Origin: an uncultured Nitrososphaerota archaeon
GTDB taxonomy: Archaea > Korarchaeota > Korarchaeia > Korarchaeales > Korarchaeaceae
Length of the DNA stretch: 64,000 nucleotides
NCBI GenBank assembly: GCA_964618805.1
Contig: CAZUBM010000002.1
Location: forward strand, 55,413-119,412
Direction of reading: 5' to 3'
Shown piece by piece: positions 1-9,827 of the stretch. Each line of letters starts with the position of its first letter. Positions within the stretch are counted from its first letter, which is position 1. The notes under the pieces are model-generated. The model made no database searches, was not told the DNA's origin, and was given only the letters and a program-made list of their open reading frames with translations. Position numbers and translations under genes: made by a program.

Positions 1-209
1 CAAGACATTCGTTTGCTCTTTAGTGTTTCCAGCCTCATGACCTCTTGGGACATCAAATCTACGAAAGCATTACAAATTATCACTAAATTAGAGCCATATG
101 CGAGATCTTTCTCCTTTGCAAAATCGGAAAGGAGATAATTGGATCCCTCTTATGTCTTGGAAGGTAAGGCATAGTAAACATTAATTTTTCCCGCTTTCAG
201 CTAGCATGG

Positions 210-1661
210 ATGTCATTGGATCCTTCGGTTGCTATCGAAGAGGCCAAATCTGCAGGAGCAGATTATGTGGATGTGAGGTTAGTTAGGATAACAGAAGAAA
301 GCATATTAGTAAGAAATGGCAAGCTAAGAGGAGTTCTGTCCAATGAAAACTATGGAATTGGGATAAGAGTTCTTTTGGATGGATCTTGGGGCTTTGCTTC
401 AACCTCAAGAGTTGACAAGGAAAACGTTAGGAAGATCTCAAGAGAAGCCGTTAAGATAGCTAGGGCCAGCTCCTTAGTTAAGAAAAGGAGAGTAAGGCTA
501 GCGCCAGTAGAACCTGTTGAGGACAGCTATTCAACACCAATAAAGGAGGATCCATTCAAAGTTTCTTTAGAAGAGAAGATCTCTCTTCTTTTGGACTGTG
601 ATAGGGTAATGAGGTCAAAGGGGGAGGAGATAAGGGTAACAGAAGCTTCTATGAGGGCCTACAAGGAGAAGAAAGTATTTGCAAGCAGCGAGGGCTCCCT
701 AATAGATCAAAAGATTGTGTGGTGTGGTGCTGGCATTTCTGCAACGGCTGTCGAGAAAGGAGAAGTGCAAAGAAGATCTCTTCCTGCATCTTTTAGAGGA
801 GACTTTGCCACCGCAGGCTACGAGTATATTAGGAGCTTAAACCTTTTGGATCTTGCTCCTAAGTGCGCTGAGGAGGCAATATCATTGCTGTCTGCACGTT
901 CCTGTCCATCCGGCTTTCTTGACATAATTATAGGTGGAAGTCAGCTTGCCTTGCAGATACACGAGTCTTGCGGTCATCCAACCGAGCTTGACAGAGTCAT
1001 GGGTTCAGAGGCAAGCTACGCTGGAACAAGCTTCCTTACAACAGATAAATTGGGAAAGTTCAGATATGGAAGCGAAATAGTTAATTTGGTCGCTGATGCA
1101 ACCGTTGAAAAAGGATTAGGCACCTTTGGCTATGACGATGAGGGAGTACCGGCTCAAAGGGTGTACTTGGTGAAAGATGGAATATTTACAGGCTACTTAA
1201 CTGACAGACAGTATGCAGCCGAGCTTGGATTGGATAGAAGTACCGGAGCAGCAAGAGCATCGGGATGGAACAGGATTCCTATAGTAAGGATGACTAACAT
1301 AAACCTGGAGCCCGGAGATTGGGATTTCGAGGAACTAATATCTGATACGAAGGATGGTCTCTTCATAGAGACGAACAGGAGCTGGAGCATAGATGATAGA
1401 AGGCTAAACTTCCTTTTCGGAACCGAAATAGCCTACAGAATTGTAGATGGGGAAATGAAGGAGCTGATAAAGAACGCAACTTATACGGGCATAACCTACG
1501 AGTTCTGGCGTTCATGTGACGCGATCTGCAAAGGAAAATATTGGAAGATGTGGGGAACTCCAAATTGCGGAAAAGGAGAGCCTCCACAAACGATGTTCGT
1601 GGGACATGGGTGCTCCCCTGCACGCTTCAGGAAGGTTAGGGTTGGTGTTGGGGGGTTATGA
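210..1661 (+). CDS. tldD: TldD-family metalloprotease
   Basis: 483 aa; HESCGH metal motif, DDEGV, RMTN, C-terminal CGKG..Q...GHG; ATGA overlap with downstream pmbA. Confidence 0.93.
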   Translation: MSLDPSVAIEEAKSAGADYVDVRLVRITEESILVRNGKLRGVLSNENYGIGIRVLLDGSWGFASTSRVDKENVRKISREAVKIARASSLVKKRRVRLAPVEPVEDSYSTPIKEDPFKVSLEEKISLLLDCDRVMRSKGEEIRVTEASMRAYKEKKVFASSEGSLIDQKIVWCGAGISATAVEKGEVQRRSLPASFRGDFATAGYEYIRSLNLLDLAPKCAEEAISLLSARSCPSGFLDIIIGGSQLALQIHESCGHPTELDRVMGSEASYAGTSFLTTDKLGKFRYGSEIVNLVADATVEKGLGTFGYDDEGVPAQRVYLVKDGIFTGYLTDRQYAAELGLDRSTGAARASGWNRIPIVRMTNINLEPGDWDFEELISDTKDGLFIETNRSWSIDDRRLNFLFGTEIAYRIVDGEMKELIKNATYTGITYEFWRSCDAICKGKYWKMWGTPNCGKGEPPQTMFVGHGCSPARFRKVRVGVGGL

Positions 1662-3022
1662 TGATGAACGCTGACATCTTGGATATAGCTAAGTTTGCCG
1701 TTGATCAGTGTTTGAAGGCAGGAGCTACGCAAGCTGAAGCAGGGGTATTCAGCTACAAGTCCTACCTGACTAGGTTCGCTAACTCAGAGATCCATCAGAA
1801 CGTGGGAGAGGAGAACTCAACTCTGAGGTTGAGGTTCGTCTTAAGGAAAAGTATATCAGTGATAACCTCAAATTCTTTGGAGGAAAAGGCCATAGGGGAT
1901 CTTGTTGAAAGAGCAAAAAGGATAGCTGAGCTTCAAACTGAAGATCCCGATTTCGTAAGCCTTCCAGAGCCTGAGCCAATAGAACCGATTTCTGGGATAT
2001 TCGTTAAGGATACTGCGGAGTGCGAACCCATGGAGAGGGCTGAAATAGCAAAATCTTTGATAGAGAGAGCCCATCAATTTAAGGAAGTTGAAGCTGTTGC
2101 AGGAAACTGCTCAACCACTATCATAGAAGCTGCCATCGTTAACTCGCTTGGTTTGGAGGCAAGAGCTTCTGCAACAGTTGCACGCCTTAGGTCAAACGTG
2201 ATAGCATCTGATGGAACATCTATGGGATATGGCTTTGCAGAAACTGTATCTAGAGACATAAAAGATCTTAATCCTGAGGGAATTGGAGAAGAAGCTGCAA
2301 GAAGGGCCGTAGAAAGTCTTCATCCAATGAGAGTAGAACCAGGAGAGTACGAGGTTGTCTTCCTCCCATATGCGGTAGCAACAGCTATGTTTTACCTCAG
2401 TTATTACGGGTTTACAGCCCAGTCTTATCAGGATGGAGTTAGCTTTGTATGCGACTACATGGGCAAGAAGGCGTTTGCGGAATCCGTCAATATATGGGAC
2501 GATGGAAGGGATCCAAGGGGCTTGGCCTTCCCATTCGATATGGAAGGAGTTCCAAAGAGAAAAGTTGTCCTGGCAAAGGACGGTGTCCCAACAGGTCTCC
2601 TATATGATTCTTATTACGCCCACAAGGAGGGAAAGAAATCGACCGGTCACGCAGGTCCGTTTATAGGAGCCTTTCCTGCCCACCTTTTCATGGGTACTGG
2701 AGATGCTAGCGTGGAGGAGATGATCCAAGAAACAAGGAAGGGAATACTTGTTACGAGATGGCACTATGTCAGGGTGGTCCATCCTAGGAAGGCCGTTGTA
2801 ACGGGTATGACAAGAGATGGGACATGGCTTATAGAGAATGGGGAAGTTAAGGGGCCAGTAATGAACATGAGATTCACAGATAGCATGATTAGCCTTCTAG
2901 CAAATGTAGAAGCCGTTGGAAAGGAGGCTAAGACGCTTCCATTTAGAATGGAGCCAAGCTCATTTAGAGTTCCTGCCCTAAAATCAAAGAAGTTCAGGTT
3001 TACTGGAGTAACAGAATACTAA
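1658..3022 (+). CDS. pmbA: PmbA/TldE-family protein, TldD partner
   Basis: 454 aa; TRFANSEIHQN, FDMEG, TGMTRDGTWLIENGE, lacks HExxxH; coupled to tldD. Confidence 0.9.
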   Translation: MMMNADILDIAKFAVDQCLKAGATQAEAGVFSYKSYLTRFANSEIHQNVGEENSTLRLRFVLRKSISVITSNSLEEKAIGDLVERAKRIAELQTEDPDFVSLPEPEPIEPISGIFVKDTAECEPMERAEIAKSLIERAHQFKEVEAVAGNCSTTIIEAAIVNSLGLEARASATVARLRSNVIASDGTSMGYGFAETVSRDIKDLNPEGIGEEAARRAVESLHPMRVEPGEYEVVFLPYAVATAMFYLSYYGFTAQSYQDGVSFVCDYMGKKAFAESVNIWDDGRDPRGLAFPFDMEGVPKRKVVLAKDGVPTGLLYDSYYAHKEGKKSTGHAGPFIGAFPAHLFMGTGDASVEEMIQETRKGILVTRWHYVRVVHPRKAVVTGMTRDGTWLIENGEVKGPVMNMRFTDSMISLLANVEAVGKEAKTLPFRMEPSSFRVPALKSKKFRFTGVTEY

Positions 3023-3078
3023 CAACACTTTCTATTTTCCACAATCAATCCCCTGAAATTTCCTTTCAGCAAGCCATA

Positions 3079-3663
3079 TTAGCCAGGGGCTTCAATTGGG
3101 ATCTCTAAGAAACCTAAATATCCTTCCTCTCCTAAGACCCTAACTTTCATTGATTCAGGAGGCATCTCAGCTGAAAGCGAAATTTGGATGTATTCGTACG
3201 GTGATAATGGATTGATCTCACTTTTGAGTAAAAGCATTTGATTCTTCGTTTCCGCAGACCAGTTGACTGGTAGGGGTTCAGCTGCATACATCATAATCTG
3301 AGGAACTTGGTCTTCGGCTCTGAACTCGAGACCATAAAGCTTGAATGGTCCTATATTTAGTATCGTTAGGTTCACAAGTCCGAGTCCTGGATCAACAGTA
3401 GCCCATCCAACCAGAGCCCAAGAAAGGTTTGATTCCTCAGATCCGGTCCAGATTAGAGGATTAGAGCCTGAAACCACTTCATCCTTGTCAGAAATGCCAT
3501 CACCATCTGTGTCTTGCGAGAGTGGATTTGTTCCCAGCTCTATTTCATCTGGGTCCGAGAGACCATCGTCATCAGAATCTTTCCGGAAGGGATTCGTTCC
3601 GAGAAGCCCCTCCTCTAAATTGCTAAACCCATCTCCATCTATATCCATATCTAATAGAGCCAA
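3079..3663 (-). CDS. C-terminal part of a surface protein with DxDxDG Ca-binding (TSP3-like) repeats; in frame with the upstream ORF across one TGA
   Basis: Three 22-aa DxDxDG...E...GTNP repeats; frame continues from 3670..5025 as GNTR*ETLALLD. Confidence 0.7.
   Translation of the reverse strand: MALLDMDIDGDGFSNLEEGLLGTNPFRKDSDDDGLSDPDEIELGTNPLSQDTDGDGISDKDEVVSGSNPLIWTGSEESNLSWALVGWATVDPGLGLVNLTILNIGPFKLYGLEFRAEDQVPQIMMYAAEPLPVNWSAETKNQMLLLKSEINPLSPYEYIQISLSAEMPPESMKVRVLGEEGYLGFLEIPIEAPG
3454..3645 (-). repeat. Three tandem 22-aa calcium-binding repeats (coding)
   Basis: DIDGDGFSNLEEGLLGTNP / DSDDDGLSDPDEIELGTNP / DTDGDGISDKDEVVSGSNP. Confidence 0.8.
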
Positions 3664-3669
3664 AGTTTC

Positions 3670-5025
3670 TCATCTAGTATTTCCAGCCACTACTACAGCT
3701 GGCTTAGGGACAAAATCGAATAACTTTGGAACTAACAGAGCAGTTCCCGATCCGGGTTGAGTTTCAAGCTGATCTTTCACATTTTCAGGCAAAATGAGTT
3801 CAGCTAAGTTAACTCTCATATTCTCATCTAAGTATGCCTTATGCCCTCCCAGAATCAGGATTCTGGCATGGTTCTTAAGCATGGAGGCATTAGTTACCCT
3901 TTCAACGCTTATTCCAGGCTCAGAGGCTGCCTTCTCTATTTTTTCCCAACAAAACTCGTAATCTATTTCATTACAGTAGACGGCTGTTGAGTTAGACTCA
4001 GGAGCCTCCTCTTCTTCCTTACCTAGCTCTATTATCTCCCATTCCTCTGGTAGATCCCATTCCTCCCAGCAACAGTCAATATGTACCATTCCAAAATAGC
4101 CAGCCCACTTTAGGCTGATGAAATCTGGTAGCTCCTCCGTATTTATTCCTTCATCAGATAACAGCTTCTTTATCATACTAATCAGGCCCGAAGCTCCTGG
4201 TTTGAGGGATCCTGGGCCCTTAAAGATTTTTTTAATCACATCTACCCATGCCATCGGATTAAAGTGTAGATCCACTTTAGAAAAGAATTTTATCGCGAAA
4301 TATCCCTTGTGTGGTATGGAAGCCCAGCGCGAGCTGCAGAAAACTCTTCCATTTATGGCTAAAGAGTACGGAGCCTCCTCAATTGGGATATGAATGAGGA
4401 TAGCGAAGATTCCATATTTATTCGTTCGCACGCGTATCTTCCCCCTTCCCTGTGTTCCCCTTTTATCCCAAACCCACTCAGTCAGATATTGGGTTTCTCC
4501 GCTCTCTATACTATCTATTATAACTGGTCTGTTCTTTAGGGGCTTTTTATTGCATTCAACATATCCGATCAGGTAGACTGGAAACCCTTTCTTTATTTTC
4601 ACCCTTAAGGACTTCGTCGTAACTTCTCCGTACTTGCTGGATATCTCTGAATCTCTAAGCTCGTAAACTTTTACGATTGCATAGAGATCGGGAGATCCTC
4701 CATCATCTAGCTCGCTTGGAACTACCCAAAAGGGATAGCAGATTTCATTTTCCCCTTCCCTTAGGTAAGCCCATGTTTCGGTTTCGTCAACAAGGTCATC
4801 CCACCACCAATCGTCGTCGTACAGGAATATCCTTATAGCAACCCATCTCCTCGCATCTGATTCAAGCACTACGCAAACCTTGACCTCGACTTCTTCATTA
4901 TCTAAGACTTCTGTAGGTGCAAGTATTTTCACTTCCTTTATTTTCACCCCATTTCCAGACTGAACTAACAAGAGGTTGCTAGAAAGGACTAGAAGCAAAA
5001 TGAAGGGCAGGGGAGCTCTGCTCAA
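3670..5025 (-). CDS. Secreted/surface protein, N-terminal part: signal peptide, beta-rich domains, S-layer/cell-wall-binding-like module; ends at an in-frame TGA
   Basis: Hydrophobic N-terminus; NEID...ILILGG...VVVAGNTR*ET resembles an archaeal surface module ending AGxxRxxT. Confidence 0.7.
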   Translation of the reverse strand: MSRAPLPFILLLVLSSNLLLVQSGNGVKIKEVKILAPTEVLDNEEVEVKVCVVLESDARRWVAIRIFLYDDDWWWDDLVDETETWAYLREGENEICYPFWVVPSELDDGGSPDLYAIVKVYELRDSEISSKYGEVTTKSLRVKIKKGFPVYLIGYVECNKKPLKNRPVIIDSIESGETQYLTEWVWDKRGTQGRGKIRVRTNKYGIFAILIHIPIEEAPYSLAINGRVFCSSRWASIPHKGYFAIKFFSKVDLHFNPMAWVDVIKKIFKGPGSLKPGASGLISMIKKLLSDEGINTEELPDFISLKWAGYFGMVHIDCCWEEWDLPEEWEIIELGKEEEEAPESNSTAVYCNEIDYEFCWEKIEKAASEPGISVERVTNASMLKNHARILILGGHKAYLDENMRVNLAELILPENVKDQLETQPGSGTALLVPKLFDFVPKPAVVVAGNTR

Positions 5026-5094
5026 TCCGTTAAATAACTCTTTACTAAGCTAATAAAAGGTTTTTTGGGCAACTCTCTAGGAAAATCTTTGTGG

Positions 5095-6510
5095 CTATTC
5101 AATGATTTTTATCATGTACGGAGAGCCATTTAACTTCTTGTACCCTCTTTTTCTGAAATATTGCCTTGCTCCAACCCCTGAAATCACTAAAACCTTCTTC
5201 TTATCGAAGTCCTCAGAAGCTATCCTTTCTGCCTCCATAAGAAGTGCCTTTCCAAAGCCCCTGTGCTGAGCCTCTTTTCCGGGTTTCTCCCCTATGGGAA
5301 CTTGAATACCGTAGACATGGATTTCCCTTATCATAGCGGTTGATTCATCAACCTCCCATCTATGGGCTTTTTCGGAGGGGATTCTTAACCTGAGTACCCC
5401 TATCAATACGTCGTTTTCCACATCCTCTGCTGATAGGAAGACCTCCGTCCCCTCGCTTGCCTCATAATCGGTTCTAAGTATTCTAACGGCATCGTAACTC
5501 GGCCTTATTCCCCTAGATATAACGTGACCTGCCTCCCTATACCTTATATCTGGGTTCTTTAACCCTCTTCTCTCTATTTCCATCTCTACAAGTTGCCTTA
5601 AGTTCCTTCTCCTTACACCTGCCTTGATGTATGAAGCTGGTATATCCCTCTGAACGTGTTGAATCCTAACCCATCTTGGGATATATTGATAGGCTTCAAC
5701 AAGCAGCTCTATAGCCTCATCTTCTTCCAAGGCCCTATATTCGCCCCTTAACCACATTTCATATAGCTTGGTTCCCTCAATAACTAGAGTCGGGTATATC
5801 TTTAGCATGTCTGGCATGAAGTGGCTCTCCCTAAACACCCTCTTGAACATCTCTAAGTCCCTCTCAAAATTGCTGCCAGGAAGGCCTGGCATCAAATGAT
5901 AGCAAACCTTGAAACCAGCGTCCTTTAGAAGCCTTGTAGCTTCGATTACGTCTTCTATCGTGTGGCCCCTTTCTATGATCATTAAAACGTCCTCGTAGAT
6001 TGATTGTACTCCAATCTCAACTCTAGTGGCTCCTAAACGAAGCATGTTATCGATATGTTCTTCCTTGGCCCAGTCAGGCCTAGTCTCAATTGTAAGAGCT
6101 ACACATCTGGCCTCTGCTCTTTCGTTCTTTAGATGAGCCTCTTCTAAGCAGGAGCTTCTATTGCTATTGCTTCCATCTGGATAATCGTTCATAGCATCAA
6201 AGCAAGATTTGATGAACCACTCTTGGTAGTCTAAGGGAGTTGCAGTAAAGGTCCCTCCCATGACTATGAGTTCAACCTTTGATGGCTTGAAGCCCATCCC
6301 CTCTATCTGCTTTAATCTCATCCAGACTTGCTTATACGGATCATAGCCAACTTTTTCCGCCCTAACTACTACTGGAGATGCATCAACATAGCTTTGAGGG
6401 AGTTCTCCCCCTCCCGGACAGTAAATGCACCGTCCATGTGGGCATGGATACGGCTTAGCCATGACAGCTACTACAGCTACGCCTGAAGCTACCCTAGACC
6501 TTCTTCCCAT
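5095..6510 (-). CDS. elp3: tRNA U34 carboxymethyltransferase Elp3 (radical SAM + GNAT), compact form
   Basis: SGVAVVAVM, CPHGRCIYC, ETRPD, EIGVQS, KIYPTLV, REIHVYG, QHRGFG, ISGVGAR. Confidence 0.95.
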   Translation of the reverse strand: MGRRSRVASGVAVVAVMAKPYPCPHGRCIYCPGGGELPQSYVDASPVVVRAEKVGYDPYKQVWMRLKQIEGMGFKPSKVELIVMGGTFTATPLDYQEWFIKSCFDAMNDYPDGSNSNRSSCLEEAHLKNERAEARCVALTIETRPDWAKEEHIDNMLRLGATRVEIGVQSIYEDVLMIIERGHTIEDVIEATRLLKDAGFKVCYHLMPGLPGSNFERDLEMFKRVFRESHFMPDMLKIYPTLVIEGTKLYEMWLRGEYRALEEDEAIELLVEAYQYIPRWVRIQHVQRDIPASYIKAGVRRRNLRQLVEMEIERRGLKNPDIRYREAGHVISRGIRPSYDAVRILRTDYEASEGTEVFLSAEDVENDVLIGVLRLRIPSEKAHRWEVDESTAMIREIHVYGIQVPIGEKPGKEAQHRGFGKALLMEAERIASEDFDKKKVLVISGVGARQYFRKRGYKKLNGSPYMIKIIE

Positions 6511-7186
6511 TTTGGATCCTTCTTGCTACTACCAAGTGATTCTCAGATAGAAATCTTGACTTAAAGCTCTTTCCATAAACCTTCTCAATCCTAAATCCTG
6601 CTTCCCTGACAAGCCGAACTAACTCTCTCTTGGTGAATAGATGATAAAACCTCATAAATGTGCCTTTTCTGGATTTCCAAGGCACATAGGTATCTCCGAA
6701 CTCCCTAACCTTTCCAATTACTCGATTAAAAAGCATCTTCGGAATTTTCTTGAGGAACCTCCTCTGATATAGGGCCCAAGCGCTTATAACAAGCATACCC
6801 TTATCCTTCAAAACCCTCTTAACTTCTCTTAGGACATTTAGCCTATTCTCATTTCCTCGAATGTGATGGATTGCGGCTAGAAACAGGACTCCTCGAAAAG
6901 ATTTATCCCTAAAGGGAAGGTTAGACATCTCGCAGATCACTGCATCCACAATATGGGAAAAGTTTGAGGCTCTTTCAAGGGCGATTTCAAGCATCCTCTT
7001 AGAAATGTCTGCAGCAACTACTCTGATACCTCTCTCAGCCATAACCTTCGCATGTCTGCCAGGACCAGAACCTAGATCAAGGACAGGTCCTACTTTGAAG
7101 AGATATGCCTCCTCCCAAGGTCTAACTCTGGTTGCTGCGTATTCCTCAGCTATCTCATCGAAAACTCTAATAATTTCAGGAGCCAT
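6494..7186 (-). CDS. Class I SAM methyltransferase, Trm9/ALKBH8-like
   Basis: TRVRPW, VLDLGSGPG, AAIHH, ISAWALYQ, DTYVPW, RFYHLF match Trm9-family motifs; overlaps the elp3 start by 17 nt. Confidence 0.8.
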   Translation of the reverse strand: MAPEIIRVFDEIAEEYAATRVRPWEEAYLFKVGPVLDLGSGPGRHAKVMAERGIRVVAADISKRMLEIALERASNFSHIVDAVICEMSNLPFRDKSFRGVLFLAAIHHIRGNENRLNVLREVKRVLKDKGMLVISAWALYQRRFLKKIPKMLFNRVIGKVREFGDTYVPWKSRKGTFMRFYHLFTKRELVRLVREAGFRIEKVYGKSFKSRFLSENHLVVARRIQNGKKV

Positions 7187-7510
7187 GATGAATCCTTCCC
7201 TTAAATCTCCGTTCTTGCTAATTTGTTGATATTCATCCTAGAAGGGTTGAGTCAAGCTTCATTATTTAGCCTGGATTAAATATATTCTAATCTAACTGGA
7301 TTAGTCTCGATTATTTTTGCTATTCATGTGTTCCAACAAATTTTCAAAAAATAATCAAAGCATTCTCTAGCCACTTCTATGTGGCTTCTTCGAGGCTTCT
7401 TAACTTGCCTTTTAACTGAGATATTTTATAAGGCCTTTTATACTGAAGTCTTGCGCCTATGATGTAGCTTATCCTAGGATAGAGCGTGAGCCTCAAAAGG
7501 GGTAAGAAAT

Positions 7511-8125
7511 ATGTGGACATGCTATGAAAGGCTAAAGATCCTCCAAATAAGCCTTACGTATGTTCTAATAGCTTTAAACGTGGTTGTTTACTTAATTCTA
7601 TCAGTAAAGGGTGGTAGCTTTTTCTCTCTTTCCTGGGACATGCTCGGAACTTACGGTCAGTTTAACCTGATGGTTCGTTACTACGGGTGGTGGTGGCAGC
7701 TGATAACTGCGATGTTTGTCCATGTGAATTTACCGCATCTCGCGCTTAACATGTTCTGGCTTTACATATTGGGGCGCAGATCAGAACTTCTTTTTGGAAG
7801 AAAGCTTTTCTTGGTCATATACTTGCTCAGCGGGCTTACTGGAAACATAATGGGACTAGCACTTCCTTTATACACGATAAGCGCTGGAGCTAGTGGCGCA
7901 ATCTTTGGGATCTTTGGAGCTAATATTATGATGGAAAGAGCCTATAGCGGTTCAAGGCTGTCTAGCACGCTGCTATACGCCTTCCTAATCCTCATGATAA
8001 ACAGCTTGGTTGGAGTTAATGTGTTTGCTCATCTGGGAGGCCTCTTATTTGGGATTGTATTTGGTTATGTTTATGGGGAGAAAGTCATACGGAAGTATTT
8101 TTATCGAAATGAGTGGTATTGGTGA
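7511..8125 (+). CDS. Rhomboid-family intramembrane serine protease
   Basis: WQLITAMFVH, HLALNM, GASGAIFG catalytic Ser, AHLGG catalytic His. Confidence 0.93.
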   Translation: MWTCYERLKILQISLTYVLIALNVVVYLILSVKGGSFFSLSWDMLGTYGQFNLMVRYYGWWWQLITAMFVHVNLPHLALNMFWLYILGRRSELLFGRKLFLVIYLLSGLTGNIMGLALPLYTISAGASGAIFGIFGANIMMERAYSGSRLSSTLLYAFLILMINSLVGVNVFAHLGGLLFGIVFGYVYGEKVIRKYFYRNEWYW

Positions 8126-8257
8126 ATAAGGTAGAGATTTAGGAAAAAGAAGAAGTTACATACCTAATTGATTTTAGAATAGCCCATTCCTCAAGATTAT
8201 TGCGTTCTTTGTCACTCAGCTCCAAAGTTACAGAGAAAAACTTCTTTCCCAAAATCA

Positions 8258-9823
8258 TTATTCTATCACAGCATCGTTAGGATCTAAAGATCTCCAAACG
8301 ATCCTATATCCTGCTGCTTGAATCAAAGGAATGTGAAAATCATCCCTAAAGCCAGCCTTTCTCATTCTCTTTAATATTTCCGGCAAAAGTTTTGTGTTAG
8401 AACTTTCAACTACCTCTCTTACCTTGTCTAAGAGTTCTTCCCTTATCATCACATCTCCTGCGATGACATAACCCTGAACTATCCTCTCCTTCAAAAATCC
8501 CTGGAGCTGATCCTTTGTAACCCCTATCCTCCTCGATAGCTCCCCTAAATCAACACAATCTTCCAACTTAAGCCTCGCAAGCCTTTCCATGATCTCCTTT
8601 GCAACGATTTTCCTAGAGCTTTTTTCTATTTCAGAGAGAAATCTAGCAAGTGAACCAAAGTTTATCCTTCTTTCATAGTAGAAAACAGGGTGTGGAAGCC
8701 TCTCGAAACTTGAGCAGGCCAAGTTTCTATCTACAACCAATATCAGCCTTTCTCTCACCTTTCTTATCTTCTCAAGCTTCTTCAAAAGATAATTTGGGGT
8801 CCAGAACCCCACAATCTCCACATAAACTGATATAGGACCCTTCACAAGTTTAAAATCCGGAATAAACAGTGCTTTCCCTGCAAAAAGGGCTTCAGGTTCC
8901 CTTTCGATCTTCCAATCCAGCGCTGAGGCCATCTTAGAGAATTTCCTCTCAACTTCGCTATCAAAACTCTCTACAATTAGTTTTGACTTTGGAAATAGAG
9001 CCTTTTCCTTGCTACTTATCCTAAGTCTTAAAGCTTTCTTCCCTCTCCCTTCGCTTTTCCTAATTACAGAAGCTTCCAACTCCCAATGGTTCAAAGAGAT
9101 AATAGAGGGAACTAGCTTCGCAAGAGAAGTTCCATATCTTGTAGTCATCTTCATAACTGATGCTGGTCCATCTATCCTAAGGATAAGCATTCCATCCTCC
9201 TTCTCAGCATGATACATGAGCTTTCTGAACTTTATTTCCCTCAAAACTCTCTTTACTTGCCACCCAGGAGCTCTTGTCCTTAGAACAAGGTTCAACGCCT
9301 TAAACAATGCCGTCTGAAGCAATGATTGATTATATACTTTCAACAGCTCCTCCGTCTCAATTGAATTAAAGCTGATTAGCTGGAGATTCTCCTCTAGATC
9401 AGCCCACAACGCTTCTTCAAGCTCATCTCTAGATATTCCAAGGTTCCAAGCAGCCTCATTTAGGACAGAGGTTCTCTCCTCTTGAGAGACAACAAATCCG
9501 CCGAATTTGGTGTTACACATCTCAAAGACCGTTTTTCTTGCTCTTCCTGGCTGTACCAAAGTCTCCAGTTTAGAAAATTCGCATCTTCTCTCCAAAAGGG
9601 TAGAGAGTCCTCTTACCAGCTTGTAGTCAACTCCTATGGACTCATAATATTCTTCAAGCTCATCTAGTGAGCTAGATAGCTCCCCAAGCTTCCTTCCAAC
9701 ATGTCTTTGAAAGGTATCAATCAGATCTCTAGCTAGTTCAAGCTCAATAGGCCTTCCTCGAGCAAATAGTATGATAAGCCTCCCTTTCCAAGATCTAACC
9801 CTTAACAAGGGTAAAGGCAGCAC
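8258..9823 (-). CDS. bax1: Bax1 / DUF790 endonuclease
   Basis: YNQSLLQTALF, DGPAS....TRYG, FDSEVE, IPDF, VEIVGFWTPNYL; directly downstream of XPB. Confidence 0.9.
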   Translation of the reverse strand: MLPLPLLRVRSWKGRLIILFARGRPIELELARDLIDTFQRHVGRKLGELSSSLDELEEYYESIGVDYKLVRGLSTLLERRCEFSKLETLVQPGRARKTVFEMCNTKFGGFVVSQEERTSVLNEAAWNLGISRDELEEALWADLEENLQLISFNSIETEELLKVYNQSLLQTALFKALNLVLRTRAPGWQVKRVLREIKFRKLMYHAEKEDGMLILRIDGPASVMKMTTRYGTSLAKLVPSIISLNHWELEASVIRKSEGRGKKALRLRISSKEKALFPKSKLIVESFDSEVERKFSKMASALDWKIEREPEALFAGKALFIPDFKLVKGPISVYVEIVGFWTPNYLLKKLEKIRKVRERLILVVDRNLACSSFERLPHPVFYYERRINFGSLARFLSEIEKSSRKIVAKEIMERLARLKLEDCVDLGELSRRIGVTKDQLQGFLKERIVQGYVIAGDVMIREELLDKVREVVESSNTKLLPEILKRMRKAGFRDDFHIPLIQAAGYRIVWRSLDPNDAVIE

Positions 9824-9827
9824 AAGA

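Noticed and set aside
210-3022. tldD-pmbA as part of a RiPP cluster
   Set aside because: No precursor peptide, YcaO or other maturase is nearby; the pair is common in archaea.
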